Positions 28,453-37,996 of a stretch of DNA of 64,000 nucleotides are shown here, piece after piece. This DNA is from an uncultured Candidatus Saccharibacteria bacterium. Its GTDB lineage: Bacteria; Patescibacteriota; JABMPQ01; JAQVVF01. The stretch is taken from the NCBI GenBank assembly GCA_964574655.1, contig CAZNOH010000001.1, positions 201,852 to 265,851 on the forward strand, in the 5' to 3' direction. The translations under genes were made by a program, and so were the position numbers. Numbering within the stretch: the first letter of the stretch is position 1; each line of letters starts with the position of its first letter. The notes beneath the pieces were generated by a model. That model did not search any database, had not been told where the DNA came from, and saw only the letters and a program-made list of their open reading frames with translations.

Positions 28453-28818
28453 ATGACAATCAATGTTTTAGATCCAGAAGAATTTCCAGCAATTTTGAGA
28501 TTATTGAAATCAACTGGCGGAAAATATATCATTGTTGAAAATGGAAAACCGTCTTTTGCAATGATGACAATCTCTGAGTATGAAAAATTGTTGAACAAAA
28601 AAGAAAAAACAGAAAAATGCTGTTCAGGAAAATTGTTGCTTGATAAAATTAATCATGATATTGCTGATTGGAAGATGAAACAAGATGAAGAAAATAAAAA
28701 ATATTTTGATTATGAATTGCCGAAAAAAAGCTATAAAAAAGATGTTTTGGTTGAAGAAGATTTGAGCTACTATTATGATGTTGAGGAAGAGCAAAAAGAT
28801 GAAAGATTTGATTTTTAA
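28453..28818 (+). CDS. Orphan Phd/YefM-like antitoxin-fold protein with an acidic C-terminal tail
   Basis: The N-terminal ILRLLKSTGGKYIIVENGKPSFAMMTISEYEKLL matches the YefM pattern. No toxin gene is adjacent. Confidence 0.4.
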   Translation: MTINVLDPEEFPAILRLLKSTGGKYIIVENGKPSFAMMTISEYEKLLNKKEKTEKCCSGKLLLDKINHDIADWKMKQDEENKKYFDYELPKKSYKKDVLVEEDLSYYYDVEEEQKDERFDF

Positions 28819-28868
28819 TCATCGCAGAATGACGCAGAATCGTACGCAGAAAGTGCAGAATCTTTTTC
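28819..28868. repeat. Post-stop CGCAGAAT array (4 units; periods 10, 11 and 10 bp)
   Basis: atCGCAGAATgaCGCAGAATcgtaCGCAGAAAgTGCAGAATc. Starts 1 nt after the TAA stop. Confidence 0.65.
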
Positions 28869-29059
28869 GATTAGTTATTAACAAAAAGGTCTTGCCTTAT
28901 ATCATAAATGTTGTTATAATGCTTCTTACAAAATAGATTTTCGGAAAAAGTATTTTTTATTTTTGCATAATTTATTTAGGTTAGAAATATAGAGGATTTA
29001 GTATTTGACAATATAATTTTTTATGTATATACTTAAAATAATAATTAAATTCTAAAAAA

Positions 29060-30253
29060 ATGGCAGAAAAATTTGACAGATCAAAACCACATCTAAATGT
29101 TGGTACAATCGGCCATGTTGATCATGGAAAAACTACTTTAACAGCAGCTATTTTGAAGGTTATCAATGCTACTGGCAAAGGAAAAGCACAAGAGAGAACA
29201 GTTGATCAAATTGACTCAGCTCCAGAAGAGCGCGAGAGAGGAATTACAATTGCAACTGCTCATTGTGAGTATGAAACAGAAAAAAGACATTATGCTCACG
29301 TAGATTGTCCAGGACATGCTGATTACATTAAGAATATGATTACTGGTGCAGCTCAAATGGACGGTGCTATTTTGGTTGTATCTGCTGCTGACGGACCAAT
29401 GCCTCAAACAAGAGAACATATTTTATTGGCTTACCAGGTTGGTGTTCCATATATTGTTGTTTTCTTAAATAAAGTTGACCAAGTTGATGATCCAGAAATG
29501 GTTTCTTTAGTTGAAGAAGAAGTTAGGGAATTATTAAATAAATATCATTTTCCTGGAGATGAAGTTCCAATTGTCAAAGGTTCAGCTTTAAAAGCTTTAG
29601 AAGATCCATCAGGTGAAGCTGGCAAACCAGTTTTGGAATTATTAGAAAAGTTAGATTCTTATATTCCTGAACCAAAAAGAGATGTTGATAAACCATTATT
29701 GATGCCTATTGAAGACGTATTTTCAATTGAAGGTCGTGGAACTGTTGTTACTGGTAGAATTGAGAGAGGCATGGTTAAGATTAATGATACAGTAGAAATT
29801 GTTGGTTTAAAACCAACTCAAAAGACTGTTGCTACAGGCATTGAAATGTTCAATAAATCTTTGGATGAAGGCAAGGCTGGCGATAATGCAGGTATTTTGC
29901 TTCGTGGTACAAAGAAAGAAGACGTTCAAAGAGGACAAGTGTTAGCAAAGCCTGGTTCAATTACTCCACATACTGAATTTGAAGCAGAAAGCTATATTTT
30001 GAAGAAAGAAGAAGGCGGACGCCATACTGCATTCACAAATGGCTATAAACCTCAATTCTATGTTAGGACTACCGATGTTACTGGAGAGGTAACATTGCCT
30101 TCTGGAACTGAAATGGTAATGCCTGGTGATACAGTAAATGGTATGAAAGTTAAATTAGTTGCTCCTGTTGCTATGGAAGAAAAAATGAAATTTGCTATTC
30201 GCGAGGGTGGCAAGACTGTTGGTGCAGGCGTTGTAACAAAAATTGTTAAATAA
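29060..30253 (+). CDS. tuf: Elongation factor Tu
   Basis: [17 protein letters not shown] and NKVD motifs. Confidence 0.97.
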   Translation: MAEKFDRSKPHLNVGTIGHVDHGKTTLTAAILKVINATGKGKAQERTVDQIDSAPEERERGITIATAHCEYETEKRHYAHVDCPGHADYIKNMITGAAQMDGAILVVSAADGPMPQTREHILLAYQVGVPYIVVFLNKVDQVDDPEMVSLVEEEVRELLNKYHFPGDEVPIVKGSALKALEDPSGEAGKPVLELLEKLDSYIPEPKRDVDKPLLMPIEDVFSIEGRGTVVTGRIERGMVKINDTVEIVGLKPTQKTVATGIEMFNKSLDEGKAGDNAGILLRGTKKEDVQRGQVLAKPGSITPHTEFEAESYILKKEEGGRHTAFTNGYKPQFYVRTTDVTGEVTLPSGTEMVMPGDTVNGMKVKLVAPVAMEEKMKFAIREGGKTVGAGVVTKIVK

Positions 30254-30265
30254 ATGATTTCATAA

Positions 30266-30289
30266 TAGGGAACAAATTTTTGTTCCCTA
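30266..30289 (+). terminator. Perfect palindrome hairpin tagggaacaaa|tttgttcccta after tuf (attenuator/terminator-like; no clean T-run)
   Basis: 11-bp stem. Confidence 0.4.
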
Positions 30290-30309
30290 TTAATTATTAT
30301 TAAGCCCTT

Positions 30310-30657
30310 TTGATGCCAAAGACTAAAGAAAAAGTAAAGAAAGAAGAAGTTTCTTCTCCAAGAATAAGAATCAAAATTAAGGCGTTTGATCACAAGATTA
30401 TTGACAAGTCTGCAGAGCAGATAATTGAAACTGCAAAGAGATCTGGTGCAGAGGTTATCGGCCCTATTCCACTTCCTACTGAAAAACATAGGGATACTGT
30501 TTTGAAATCCACTTTTGTTCATAAAGACGCTCGTGAACAATTTGAGATTAGAATCCACAAGAGATTGATTGATATTGTAAAGCCGACACCGAAAACTATC
30601 GAAGCTTTGTCGAACCTTAATTTACCAGCAGGTGTTGATGTAGAAATAAAGATGTGA
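30310..30657 (+). CDS. rpsJ: Ribosomal protein S10 (N-terminal extension)
   Basis: [15 protein letters not shown] motif. Confidence 0.9.
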   Translation: MMPKTKEKVKKEEVSSPRIRIKIKAFDHKIIDKSAEQIIETAKRSGAEVIGPIPLPTEKHRDTVLKSTFVHKDAREQFEIRIHKRLIDIVKPTPKTIEALSNLNLPAGVDVEIKM

Positions 30658-30735
30658 TGTTTTATTTGAATGCGTTTTCGAATGAGTGCAAATGTGTTTT
30701 AGAATGCTTGAGAAAGAGTTTGTGAATGTTTTAAA
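30658..30735. repeat. GAATG phased array in an atypical 220-nt S10-L3 spacer
   Basis: gaatg or caaatg at 30668, 30680, 30690, 30702 and 30724, with periods of 10-12 bp. Confidence 0.55.
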
Positions 30736-30879
30736 CATTTTTGTTAACTATTTTTTTAGATATAAAGTAGTATTTAGCAAATAAATAGGCGAGTGAATCG
30801 CTTTGGATTTGTTAACCTAATTTATTTAGGTCTTTATTTATTTTTTAAATAAATATTGTTAATATATATATTTTAAGCA

Positions 30880-31488
30880 ATGAAATTTATATTTGGTGAA
30901 AAAATTGGAATGAGCAGAATGTATAACGAAGGTAAGCTAGAAGCTGTTACCTTGGTTAAAATTGATGATTGTGTTATAACAAGGCTTTTGGATATGAAAA
31001 AAGATGGTTATTCTGCTGTTCAGGTCGGTTATTACATAGTTAAAAAAGGCGATGGCAGAGTAAAAGGCGCTTTAAATAAGGCTGGTATAAAGGAAAATCT
31101 AAGTAATTTTGCTGAATTCAGAGTTGATGACTTGACTTCATATAAAATCGGTGGTAAAATTAATATTTCACAGTTCAAAAAGGGTGATTTATTGTCTATT
31201 TCTGGGCTTTCAAAAGGCAAAGGTTTCGCAGGCGTAATGAAGCGACATGGTTTTCATGGTGCTTCACATTCACACGGCCATAAGCATGATTGGAGAGCTC
31301 CTGGTTCTATTGGTTGTGGTTTTCCTCAGCACGTTGTGAAGGGTAAAAGAATGGCAGGCAGAATGGGCGGGGATAATGTAACTTTGAAGAATTCATCAAT
31401 TTTGGATATCAGTTTAGATGAGAATGTTTTAGCTATAAAAGGGGCTTTGCCCGGAAAGATTGGTACATGGCTAAAGATTTGTGGCTAA
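30880..31488 (+). CDS. rplC: Ribosomal protein L3
   Basis: Typical L3 (GKGFAGVMKRHGF). Confidence 0.9.
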   Translation: MKFIFGEKIGMSRMYNEGKLEAVTLVKIDDCVITRLLDMKKDGYSAVQVGYYIVKKGDGRVKGALNKAGIKENLSNFAEFRVDDLTSYKIGGKINISQFKKGDLLSISGLSKGKGFAGVMKRHGFHGASHSHGHKHDWRAPGSIGCGFPQHVVKGKRMAGRMGGDNVTLKNSSILDISLDENVLAIKGALPGKIGTWLKICG

Positions 31489-31489
31489 A

Positions 31490-31545
31490 GTTCTTAAAGT
31501 TATAAAGTTGTAAAGTTATAAAGTCGAACTGCTAAATTGTTAAAT
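31490..31545. repeat. TAAAGTT (5 units, 9-bp period) followed by TAAATTGTTAA (2 units) word array
   Basis: taaagttcttaaagttataaagttgtaaagttataaagtcg..ctaaattgttaaattgtta. Confidence 0.5.
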
Positions 31546-31568
31546 TGTTATGGTGTTAAAGTTAATTT

Positions 31569-32180
31569 ATGTTAAATATTGATGTATTGAACAGAGAAGG
31601 AAAGAAAGTCGGAACAGTGGATTTAGATCCAAAGATTTTTGGCGTGGAAATCAAAATTGCAGTTGTTCATCGCGCAGTTGTAGCTCAATTAAGCAAGAAA
31701 GAAATTACTTCAAAAACAAAAGATAGAGCTGAAGTAAGCGGTGGTGGTATCAAGCCTTGGAAGCAAAAAGGCACAGGTCGCGCTCGTGTTGGTTCCATTC
31801 GTTCTCCGTTATGGAAGGGCGGAGGCAAAACATTTGGTCCTGTTATGACTAAAAATGATGTCAAAAAAATCAATAGGAAAGAAAAAAGAAAAGCTTTGCA
31901 TATGGCGCTTTCTGATAAATTTAATTTAAAGAAATTAATCGTTCTTGATGAACTGAAGATGGAAGCAATCAAGACTAAAGAATTTGTTAAAATTTTAAAG
32001 AATATTAAGGCTGAAAAGAGTACTTTGGTAATGTTGAAGGACAATGATGAAAAGACGATGAAGTCAATAAGAAATATTGCTAGTGTGAAGCCTTTGCTGT
32101 CTAATCTTTTGAATGTTTATGATGTTGTAAAGTATGATAAATTAGTTTTAGATAAGAACGCTTTAGCAATGATTAAATAA
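31569..32180 (+). CDS. rplD: Ribosomal protein L4
   Basis: Typical L4. Confidence 0.9.
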   Translation: MLNIDVLNREGKKVGTVDLDPKIFGVEIKIAVVHRAVVAQLSKKEITSKTKDRAEVSGGGIKPWKQKGTGRARVGSIRSPLWKGGGKTFGPVMTKNDVKKINRKEKRKALHMALSDKFNLKKLIVLDELKMEAIKTKEFVKILKNIKAEKSTLVMLKDNDEKTMKSIRNIASVKPLLSNLLNVYDVVKYDKLVLDKNALAMIK

Positions 32181-32197
32181 TTTTTGAAGTTAATTGT

Positions 32198-32599
32198 ATG
32201 GCTTTATTAGATGTATTCAAAAAAGGAAAGAAGAAAGAAAAAGAAGTTTCTGCAAAGAAGAAAGTTTTAGCTACAAAAAGTTCTGAAAAAATGCAAAAGG
32301 CTGTTAATATTTATAGCGCTGCATATAAAAATTTATTGAAACCAGTAGTTTCAGAAAAGTGCGCAAATTTGAATATCTCCAATAAATATGTATTTCAAGT
32401 AAAGAAGTCAGCATCTAAGAATGATATTGCAAAAGCGATTTTCGCAGTTTATGGAATTAAGCCAGTCAAGGTTAATGTTATAAATTTATCTGGAAAATCA
32501 AGAAGATATGGCAGAAGTATCGGCAAGACTATAGACAAAAAGAAGGCAATTGTAACTTTGCCAGCAGGCAAGAGCATTAAGATTTATGAAGGAGTATAA
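32198..32599 (+). CDS. rplW: Ribosomal protein L23 (Lys-rich N-terminal extension)
   Basis: The C-terminal part is typical L23. Confidence 0.85.
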   Translation: MALLDVFKKGKKKEKEVSAKKKVLATKSSEKMQKAVNIYSAAYKNLLKPVVSEKCANLNISNKYVFQVKKSASKNDIAKAIFAVYGIKPVKVNVINLSGKSRRYGRSIGKTIDKKKAIVTLPAGKSIKIYEGV

Positions 32600-32689
32600 T
32601 AAATAATTTTCAATTACCAATTTCCAATTTTCAATTGTTTCATGCGAAGTTGTAAATTGATTATTGAAAATTGAGAATTTAATTTTAAT

Positions 32690-33520
32690 ATGCCAATTAA
32701 GACTTACAGACCAATTACGCCTTCAAGACGATATATTACGACCGTTGATTTTTCAATGTTGTCAAAAAAAGAGCCTGAAAAAAGCTTGACTGTGGCATTG
32801 CAAAAACATAGCGGTAGAAATAATCGTGGTAAAATTACAGTTCGTCATAGAGGCGGAGGCAGCAAAAGAAAGTATAGAATGATTGATTTCAGAAGATCAA
32901 ATTTTGATATTGAGGGAGAGATTAAGAGTTTAGAATATGATCCAAACAGATCTGCTTTTATTGCGTTAGTTCAATATTCTGATGGCTCTAAGACATATAT
33001 TTTAGCGCAAGAGAATTTGAAAATTGGTGATAAGATCATGAGTTCTTTAAAAAAGCTTGAAGCAAATATTGGAAACAGATATCCATTAAAATATATTCCT
33101 ACTGGCACTCTTGTTTCAGAAGTTGAATTTGCGCCAATGAAAGGCGGTCAAATGGTTAGAAGTGCCGGTTCAGCTGCTCAGCTTTTGGCGATTGAAGGTA
33201 AATTCGCTCAATTGAAGTTTCCTTCTGGAGAAGTAAGAAATGTATTGATTGATTCTTCTGCAACGATTGGCAGAGTTGGCAATATTGATCATGGCAATAT
33301 TACAATTGGTAATGCTGGAAGGGTTAGAAATATGGGTCGAAGACCTCAGGTAAGAGGCAAGGCGATGAATCCAAAAGATCATCCACATGGCGGTGGTGAA
33401 GGTAGAAATTCAATTGGTTTGGTTCATCCGAAGACAAAATGGGGTAAGCCAGCATTGGGTGTTAAGACAAGAAAGCCTAACAAATTGTCTAGCAAACTAA
33501 TTTTGAAGAGAAGAAAATAA
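32690..33520 (+). CDS. rplB: Ribosomal protein L2
   Basis: Typical L2 (GRNNRGKITVRHRGGG..HPHGGGEG). Confidence 0.95.
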   Translation: MPIKTYRPITPSRRYITTVDFSMLSKKEPEKSLTVALQKHSGRNNRGKITVRHRGGGSKRKYRMIDFRRSNFDIEGEIKSLEYDPNRSAFIALVQYSDGSKTYILAQENLKIGDKIMSSLKKLEANIGNRYPLKYIPTGTLVSEVEFAPMKGGQMVRSAGSAAQLLAIEGKFAQLKFPSGEVRNVLIDSSATIGRVGNIDHGNITIGNAGRVRNMGRRPQVRGKAMNPKDHPHGGGEGRNSIGLVHPKTKWGKPALGVKTRKPNKLSSKLILKRRK

Positions 33521-33548
33521 TTTTTAAGATACTAAGTTATATATCATT

Positions 33549-33908
33549 ATGTCACGAAGTTTAAAGAAGGGTTTATGGTGCGATCCTAAGCTTTTGAAGA
33601 AAATTAAGAATCTACGAAAAGAAGATAGAACTATCCTTAAGACTTGGTCTAGATCTTCGACTATTTTTCCTGAGATGGTAGGCTATACTCTTGGTGTTCA
33701 TAATGGAAAAGAACATATTCCAGTATTGTTGACAGAAGAAATGGTTGGACATAGATTAGGTGAATTTTCTCCAACTAGACGATTTGAAGTTCATGGCGGT
33801 AGAATTGCTAAGGAAGAAGCAGCAGCAGCTCAAGCAACTGAAACACAGAAATTAGCAGCCACAAAAGAAGGAGAAGGCGAAGTTGAGAAAAAAGAAGTTA
33901 AAGAATAA
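33549..33908 (+). CDS. rpsS: Ribosomal protein S19 (acidic/Ala C-terminal extension)
   Basis: [18 protein letters not shown]. Confidence 0.9.
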   Translation: MSRSLKKGLWCDPKLLKKIKNLRKEDRTILKTWSRSSTIFPEMVGYTLGVHNGKEHIPVLLTEEMVGHRLGEFSPTRRFEVHGGRIAKEEAAAAQATETQKLAATKEGEGEVEKKEVKE

Positions 33909-33919
33909 TTAATCTATAT

Positions 33920-34423
33920 ATGTCAGTTAAAGCAACATTAAAACATTTACATATTGCACCAAGAAAAGCGAAATTAGTAGTCAATCTAATTCGTGGTTTG
34001 GATGTTTCTGATGCAGAAGATCAATTAAGATTTTTAAATAAGAAATCTTCTGACTTGGTTTTGAAATTGTTATTATCAGTTGCTAGCAATGCAGTCCATA
34101 ATTTTAATATGGAAAAAGATAATTTGTTTGTTTTAAAGATTTTTGTTAATGAAGCACCGACTTTGAAAAGATTCCGTCCTCGAGCTTTTGGAAGAGCTTA
34201 TACAATAAGAAGAAGAACTAGCCATATTGAAATAGAATTGGAAGAAAAGATCAAAGGCAAGAAAGCTAAAAAGATTAAAAAGCAAGAAATCAAAGCAGAA
34301 GAGAAGCAAGAAAAGAAGGTAAGCAAGGAAAAGGGATGGGATAAGAATAAAGATCAGAAACGAGGAATATTCGGAAGAAAATCGGGTAAAAGTAATAAGA
34401 TTTTTCAAAGAAAGGCAATGTAG
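33920..34423 (+). CDS. rplV: Ribosomal protein L22 (Lys-rich C-terminal extension of about 50 aa)
   Basis: The L22 core plus a KKAKKIKK tail. Confidence 0.9.
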   Translation: MSVKATLKHLHIAPRKAKLVVNLIRGLDVSDAEDQLRFLNKKSSDLVLKLLLSVASNAVHNFNMEKDNLFVLKIFVNEAPTLKRFRPRAFGRAYTIRRRTSHIEIELEEKIKGKKAKKIKKQEIKAEEKQEKKVSKEKGWDKNKDQKRGIFGRKSGKSNKIFQRKAM

Positions 34424-34424
34424 A

Positions 34425-34492
34425 GTGAACGCTGATATGACGCTGATTTCTAACCTGCCTACCGGCAGGCAGGCGCTGATCTGATGCTGATT
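34425..34492. repeat. Post-stop ACGCTGAT array with an embedded cctgcc-tacc-ggcagg hairpin
   Basis: gaACGCTGATatgACGCTGATttctaa[cctgcctaccggcagg]caGGCGCTGATctGATGCTGAT. Confidence 0.6.
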
Positions 34493-34536
34493 AAATCGTA
34501 ATTAAATTTTTATATTTTAGTTTTTCAAGTAAACAT

Positions 34537-35175
34537 ATGGGACATAAAATTAGTCCAATTAGTTTCAGAATTGGTGGTTTGCAAACTTGGTCATCGAAGT
34601 GGTTTTCAGATAGCAAAAAGTATAAGGATTATTTGATTAGCGATGTTAAGCTAAGAAGAATGATTTTTGAAAAATTGAAAAATGCAGCTTTATCTTTAAT
34701 TGAAATTGAAAGAACAACACAGTCAATAACTTTTACTTTACATTCTTCAAGACCTGGAATTATAATCGGCCGTGGTGGAACAGAAATAGAAGAAATGAAA
34801 AAAGAGATTGCAAAGAATGTTGGTCCTGGAATTAAGATTGATATTAATATTAAGGAAATAAGAGAGCCAGAAGCAGATGCAGCAACAGTTGGCGTTTTGA
34901 TAGCTGAACAAATTGAAAAAAGAATTTCTTTTAGAAGAGTTATCAAAAGAGCTTTGGAGAGAACAATGCAGAATAGAAATGTAAAAGGTTGTAAGATTAT
35001 GATTTCTGGCAGATTGGATGGATCTGAAATGTCAAGACGCGAATGGGTAGCAGAAGGAAAATTGCCTTTGCATACTTTGAGAGCTAATATTGATTTTGCG
35101 AAGAGGGTTGCTCGTACTACAATGGGCGCGACTGGAATAAAGGTTTGGATTTATAAGGGCGAAGTTTTTAAGTAA
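34537..35175 (+). CDS. rpsC: Ribosomal protein S3
   Basis: KH and S3-C domains. Confidence 0.95.
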   Translation: MGHKISPISFRIGGLQTWSSKWFSDSKKYKDYLISDVKLRRMIFEKLKNAALSLIEIERTTQSITFTLHSSRPGIIIGRGGTEIEEMKKEIAKNVGPGIKIDINIKEIREPEADAATVGVLIAEQIEKRISFRRVIKRALERTMQNRNVKGCKIMISGRLDGSEMSRREWVAEGKLPLHTLRANIDFAKRVARTTMGATGIKVWIYKGEVFK

Positions 35176-35260
35176 TCGCGAATGTGCACGAATGTGCCAC
35201 AAATTTCACTACTTGCTATTTGTGTCATTCGTGATAAATTTGTGTAAATTAGAGAATTAT
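35176..35260. repeat. ATCGCGAATG / CACGAATG / CACAAATT phased array with inverted copies (cattcgtg, aaatttgtg) downstream
   Basis: Immediately after the S3 TAA stop. Homologous to the arrays at 36617 and 38384. Confidence 0.6.
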
Positions 35261-35668
35261 ATGTTAATGCCGAAAAAAGTAAAACATAGGAAGTGGCAAA
35301 AAGGAAGCAATAAGAGGATTGAAGTACGAGGAAGCCGATTGAGTTTTGGTATGTTTGGTTTGAAAGCTTTAGAAGGAAAATGGTTAACAGCAAGACAAAT
35401 TGAAGCTTCTAGACGTGCAATGACAAGATTTATTCAACGTGGTGGAAAAGTATGGATCAGAATATTTCCTGATAAGCCGGTAACTACAAAAGGTGCTGAA
35501 ACTCCAATGGGTAAGGGCAAAGGTGCAGTTGATCATTTTGTTGTTTCTGTTGCGCCAGGAAAGATTTTGTTTGAAATGGATGGAGTTAAAGAAAAGGTTG
35601 CTCGCGAGGCTTTGAGATTAGCAGCAAATAAATTGCCTATCAAGACTAAATTTATAATGGAATTATAA
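35261..35668 (+). CDS. rplP: Ribosomal protein L16
   Basis: Start taken at [11 protein letters not shown] (the ORF track's 35192 start is upstream and inside the repeat array). Confidence 0.9.
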   Translation: MLMPKKVKHRKWQKGSNKRIEVRGSRLSFGMFGLKALEGKWLTARQIEASRRAMTRFIQRGGKVWIRIFPDKPVTTKGAETPMGKGKGAVDHFVVSVAPGKILFEMDGVKEKVAREALRLAANKLPIKTKFIMEL

Positions 35669-35670
35669 TT

Positions 35671-35868
35671 ATGAAAGTTAAAGAAATCAGAGAAAAAAAA
35701 GATAAGGAACTAGTAAAAATGCTGGCTGAAAAAAGAGAGAGCCTGCGCGATATTAGATTTAAGATTGCTTCAAGTCAGTATAAGAATGTTAAAGAAATTT
35801 CTTTTTTGAAAAAAGACGTTGCAAAGGTTTTGACAGTAATGAACGAAAGAGCATTAATCAAAGCTTAA
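35671..35868 (+). CDS. rpmC: Ribosomal protein L29
   Basis: KELREKKDKEL..LRFK. Confidence 0.85.
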   Translation: MKVKEIREKKDKELVKMLAEKRESLRDIRFKIASSQYKNVKEISFLKKDVAKVLTVMNERALIKA

Positions 35869-35948
35869 GTGTTTTATTGTTAAATTGCTAAATTGTTAAA
35901 TGTGAATAATGTAAGAGAATAGAAATACGTGAATAAATTATAAATATT

Positions 35949-36209
35949 ATGGAAAAAAATTTAGATAAGAAGAAAATGCCACGCCAATTGAAAGGCACTG
36001 TTGTATCAGACAAAATGGAAAAATCCATTGTTGTTGAGGTTGAAAGAATTAAGGCTCATCCAATTTATAAAAAGAGATATCATGTTTCTCTGAAAGTAAA
36101 GGCTCATGATGCAGATAACAAGGCTAAGGTTGGAGATGTTGTATTGATTGAACAATGCAGGCCTTTAAGTTCTGACAAGCATTATAGATTAAAGAAAGTA
36201 TGCAAATAG
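35949..36209 (+). CDS. rpsQ: Ribosomal protein S17
   Basis: GTVVSDKMEKSIVV..YKKRY. Confidence 0.9.
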   Translation: MEKNLDKKKMPRQLKGTVVSDKMEKSIVVEVERIKAHPIYKKRYHVSLKVKAHDADNKAKVGDVVLIEQCRPLSSDKHYRLKKVCK

Positions 36210-36240
36210 CCTTAGCGAATGGGCACATACGAATATACTA
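36210..36240. repeat. Post-stop GCGAATG / ACGAATA units
   Basis: ccttaGCGAATGggcacatACGAATAtac. Confidence 0.45.
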
Positions 36241-36250
36241 ATAAATTGTT

Positions 36251-36616
36251 ATGATACAGACTCAATCAAAATTGAAAGTCGCAGACAATTCCGGAGCAAG
36301 GATTATCCGTTGTATTAGAGTACACAGAGGATTTAAGAGAAGATATGCAAGAATGGGCGACACTATTACAGCTGTTGTTTTAGAAGCTATTCCAGGTGGA
36401 ATTGTAAAGAATAAAGAGGTAGTGCAGGCTGTTGTAATTAGGCAGAAAAAAGAATTGCGCCGAGAAGATGGTACATACATCAGATTTGATGATAATGCAG
36501 CAGTAATCATTGATGGAAAGGAACCAAAAGGTACTAGGATTTTTGGTCCAGTTGCTCGTGAATTGAGAAAGGGTGATTTTACAAAAATCATTTCTTTGGC
36601 AGTCGAAGTATTATAA
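36251..36616 (+). CDS. rplN: Ribosomal protein L14
   Basis: [16 protein letters not shown]. Confidence 0.95.
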   Translation: MIQTQSKLKVADNSGARIIRCIRVHRGFKRRYARMGDTITAVVLEAIPGGIVKNKEVVQAVVIRQKKELRREDGTYIRFDDNAAVIIDGKEPKGTRIFGPVARELRKGDFTKIISLAVEVL

Positions 36617-36658
36617 ATCGCGAATTTACACAAATTTTTCACGAATATCGCAAATATT
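36617..36658. repeat. Post-stop ATCGCGAATT / ACACAAATT / CACGAATATCGCAAAT array
   Basis: Starts at the first nucleotide after the L14 TAA stop. Confidence 0.55.
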
Positions 36659-36675
36659 ATATCCAATAAATTTTT

Positions 36676-36984
36676 ATGAGAATCAAAAAAGGCGACAACG
36701 TATTAGTAATATCAGGTAAGGACCGAGGCAAGGTTGGCAAGGTGCTTTCTGTTTTGCCTAAATTGGATAAGATCATCGTTGAGAATGTCAATAAGGTGTC
36801 AAAGCATACAGAATCTAAAAGACAGGATAAGAAAGGACAGAAATTGCAAGTAGATTCGCCAATCAATATTTCTAATGTTTTGTTTAAGTGTCCAAAATGC
36901 AATAAGGCTGTTAGGACTGGAATTAAAATTGGCGAAGATAAGAAAAAATTCAGAATTTGCAAGAAGTGCAAAGAAACTATTTAA
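36676..36984 (+). CDS. rplX: Ribosomal protein L24 (KOW) with a C-terminal zinc ribbon (CPKC..CKKC)
   Basis: KKGDNVLVISGKDRGKVGKV. Confidence 0.9.
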   Translation: MRIKKGDNVLVISGKDRGKVGKVLSVLPKLDKIIVENVNKVSKHTESKRQDKKGQKLQVDSPINISNVLFKCPKCNKAVRTGIKIGEDKKKFRICKKCKETI

Positions 36985-36994
36985 TTTATACAAG

Positions 36995-37023
36995 GTAGAG
37001 ACGTAGCAATGCTACGTCTCTAC
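36995..37023. repeat. GTAGAGACG hairpin element, copy 2 (identical to copy 1)
   Basis: gtagagacgtagcAATgctacgtctctac. Confidence 0.7.
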
Positions 37024-37033
37024 AAAAATAATT

Positions 37034-37729
37034 ATGACAGAATTACAAAAAAAATATAATGAGAAGATTGTGCCTTTTATGAAGGAGAAGTTTGGTTATA
37101 AAAATGTAAATGAAATTCCAAGGATCTCTAAGATTGTTTTGAATATTGGTGCAGGAAAGACCTTGAAAGATCCAAAATTAATTGATATAATGATTGATAA
37201 CCTGAAAAGAATCAGCGGACAGGCTCCAGTTAAGACTCGCGCTGCAAAATCAATCGCTGGATTTGGCATTAAAGAAGGTCAAGTAGTAGGTTTGGCAGTA
37301 AATATGCGCGGTGCTAGAATGTATGAATTTTTGAACAAGTTTGTCAATGTCGCTCTACCAAGATTTAGAGATTTTCAAGGTTTGTCTCCGGAAGCGTTTG
37401 ATGGACAAGGAAATTACAATATTGGAATAAAGGAACAAATTGTTTTTCCAGAAATAAAGGCTGATGAAATTGAAAAGGTGCATGGATTAGAAGTAACCAT
37501 TGCAACAACTGCTGAAACCGATGAAGAGGGGTTGGAACTTTTAAAAGCTATCGGATTTTTATTTAGAAAACGCGGTGAAAGAGCAAAGGAAGAAGCGTTG
37601 AAAGAAGTCAGCAGAAAAGAATCGGTCATGAAGAGATATGATGCAATGAAAAAGAAACAAACTGTAGTTGGAGTAATTCCATCTGCTAAGGTAAAGTCTG
37701 AAGCTCCAAAGAAAGAAAAGTCTAAATAA
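37034..37729 (+). CDS. rplE: Ribosomal protein L5 (C-terminal extension)
   Basis: Typical L5 core. Confidence 0.9.
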   Translation: MTELQKKYNEKIVPFMKEKFGYKNVNEIPRISKIVLNIGAGKTLKDPKLIDIMIDNLKRISGQAPVKTRAAKSIAGFGIKEGQVVGLAVNMRGARMYEFLNKFVNVALPRFRDFQGLSPEAFDGQGNYNIGIKEQIVFPEIKADEIEKVHGLEVTIATTAETDEEGLELLKAIGFLFRKRGERAKEEALKEVSRKESVMKRYDAMKKKQTVVGVIPSAKVKSEAPKKEKSK

Positions 37730-37749
37730 TATTTTTTTAAATAACTATT

Positions 37750-37935
37750 ATGGCACGAGAGGCATTAATCGCTAAAGCAAAAAAGAAACCTAAATTTTCG
37801 ACTCGTATTGTAAGACGATGTGAATTGTGTGGTCGAAAACATGGATATATGAGACGCTATGGAATGTGTAGAATTTGTTTTAGAGAGCTTGCTAGCAAGG
37901 GAGAAATTCCTGGAGTTAGAAAAGCATCCTGGTAG
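37750..37935 (+). CDS. rpsN: Ribosomal protein S14, zinc-binding type Z
   Basis: 61 aa with a CxxC..CxxC motif. Confidence 0.9.
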   Translation: MAREALIAKAKKKPKFSTRIVRRCELCGRKHGYMRRYGMCRICFRELASKGEIPGVRKASW

Positions 37936-37943
37936 AATATTTA

Positions 37944-37972
37944 GTAGAGACGTTGCATTGCAACGTCTGTAC
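37944..37972. repeat. GTAGAGACG hairpin element, copy 3
   Basis: gtagagacgttgcATTgcaacgtctgtac. The inner stem changed tagc/gcta to ttgc/gcaa, which is compensatory. Confidence 0.65.
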
Positions 37973-37996
37973 AAAAGTTTATAAAGTAATAAATTT

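Noticed and set aside
30058-30558. Minus-strand 166-aa ORF overlapping the tuf 3' end and rpsJ
   Set aside because: It is antisense to two highly conserved genes and is an AT-rich artifact.
35192-35260. Upstream start (35192) for rplP
   Set aside because: The conserved L16 N-terminus ([11 protein letters not shown]) begins at 35261. The upstream codons lie inside the repeat array.
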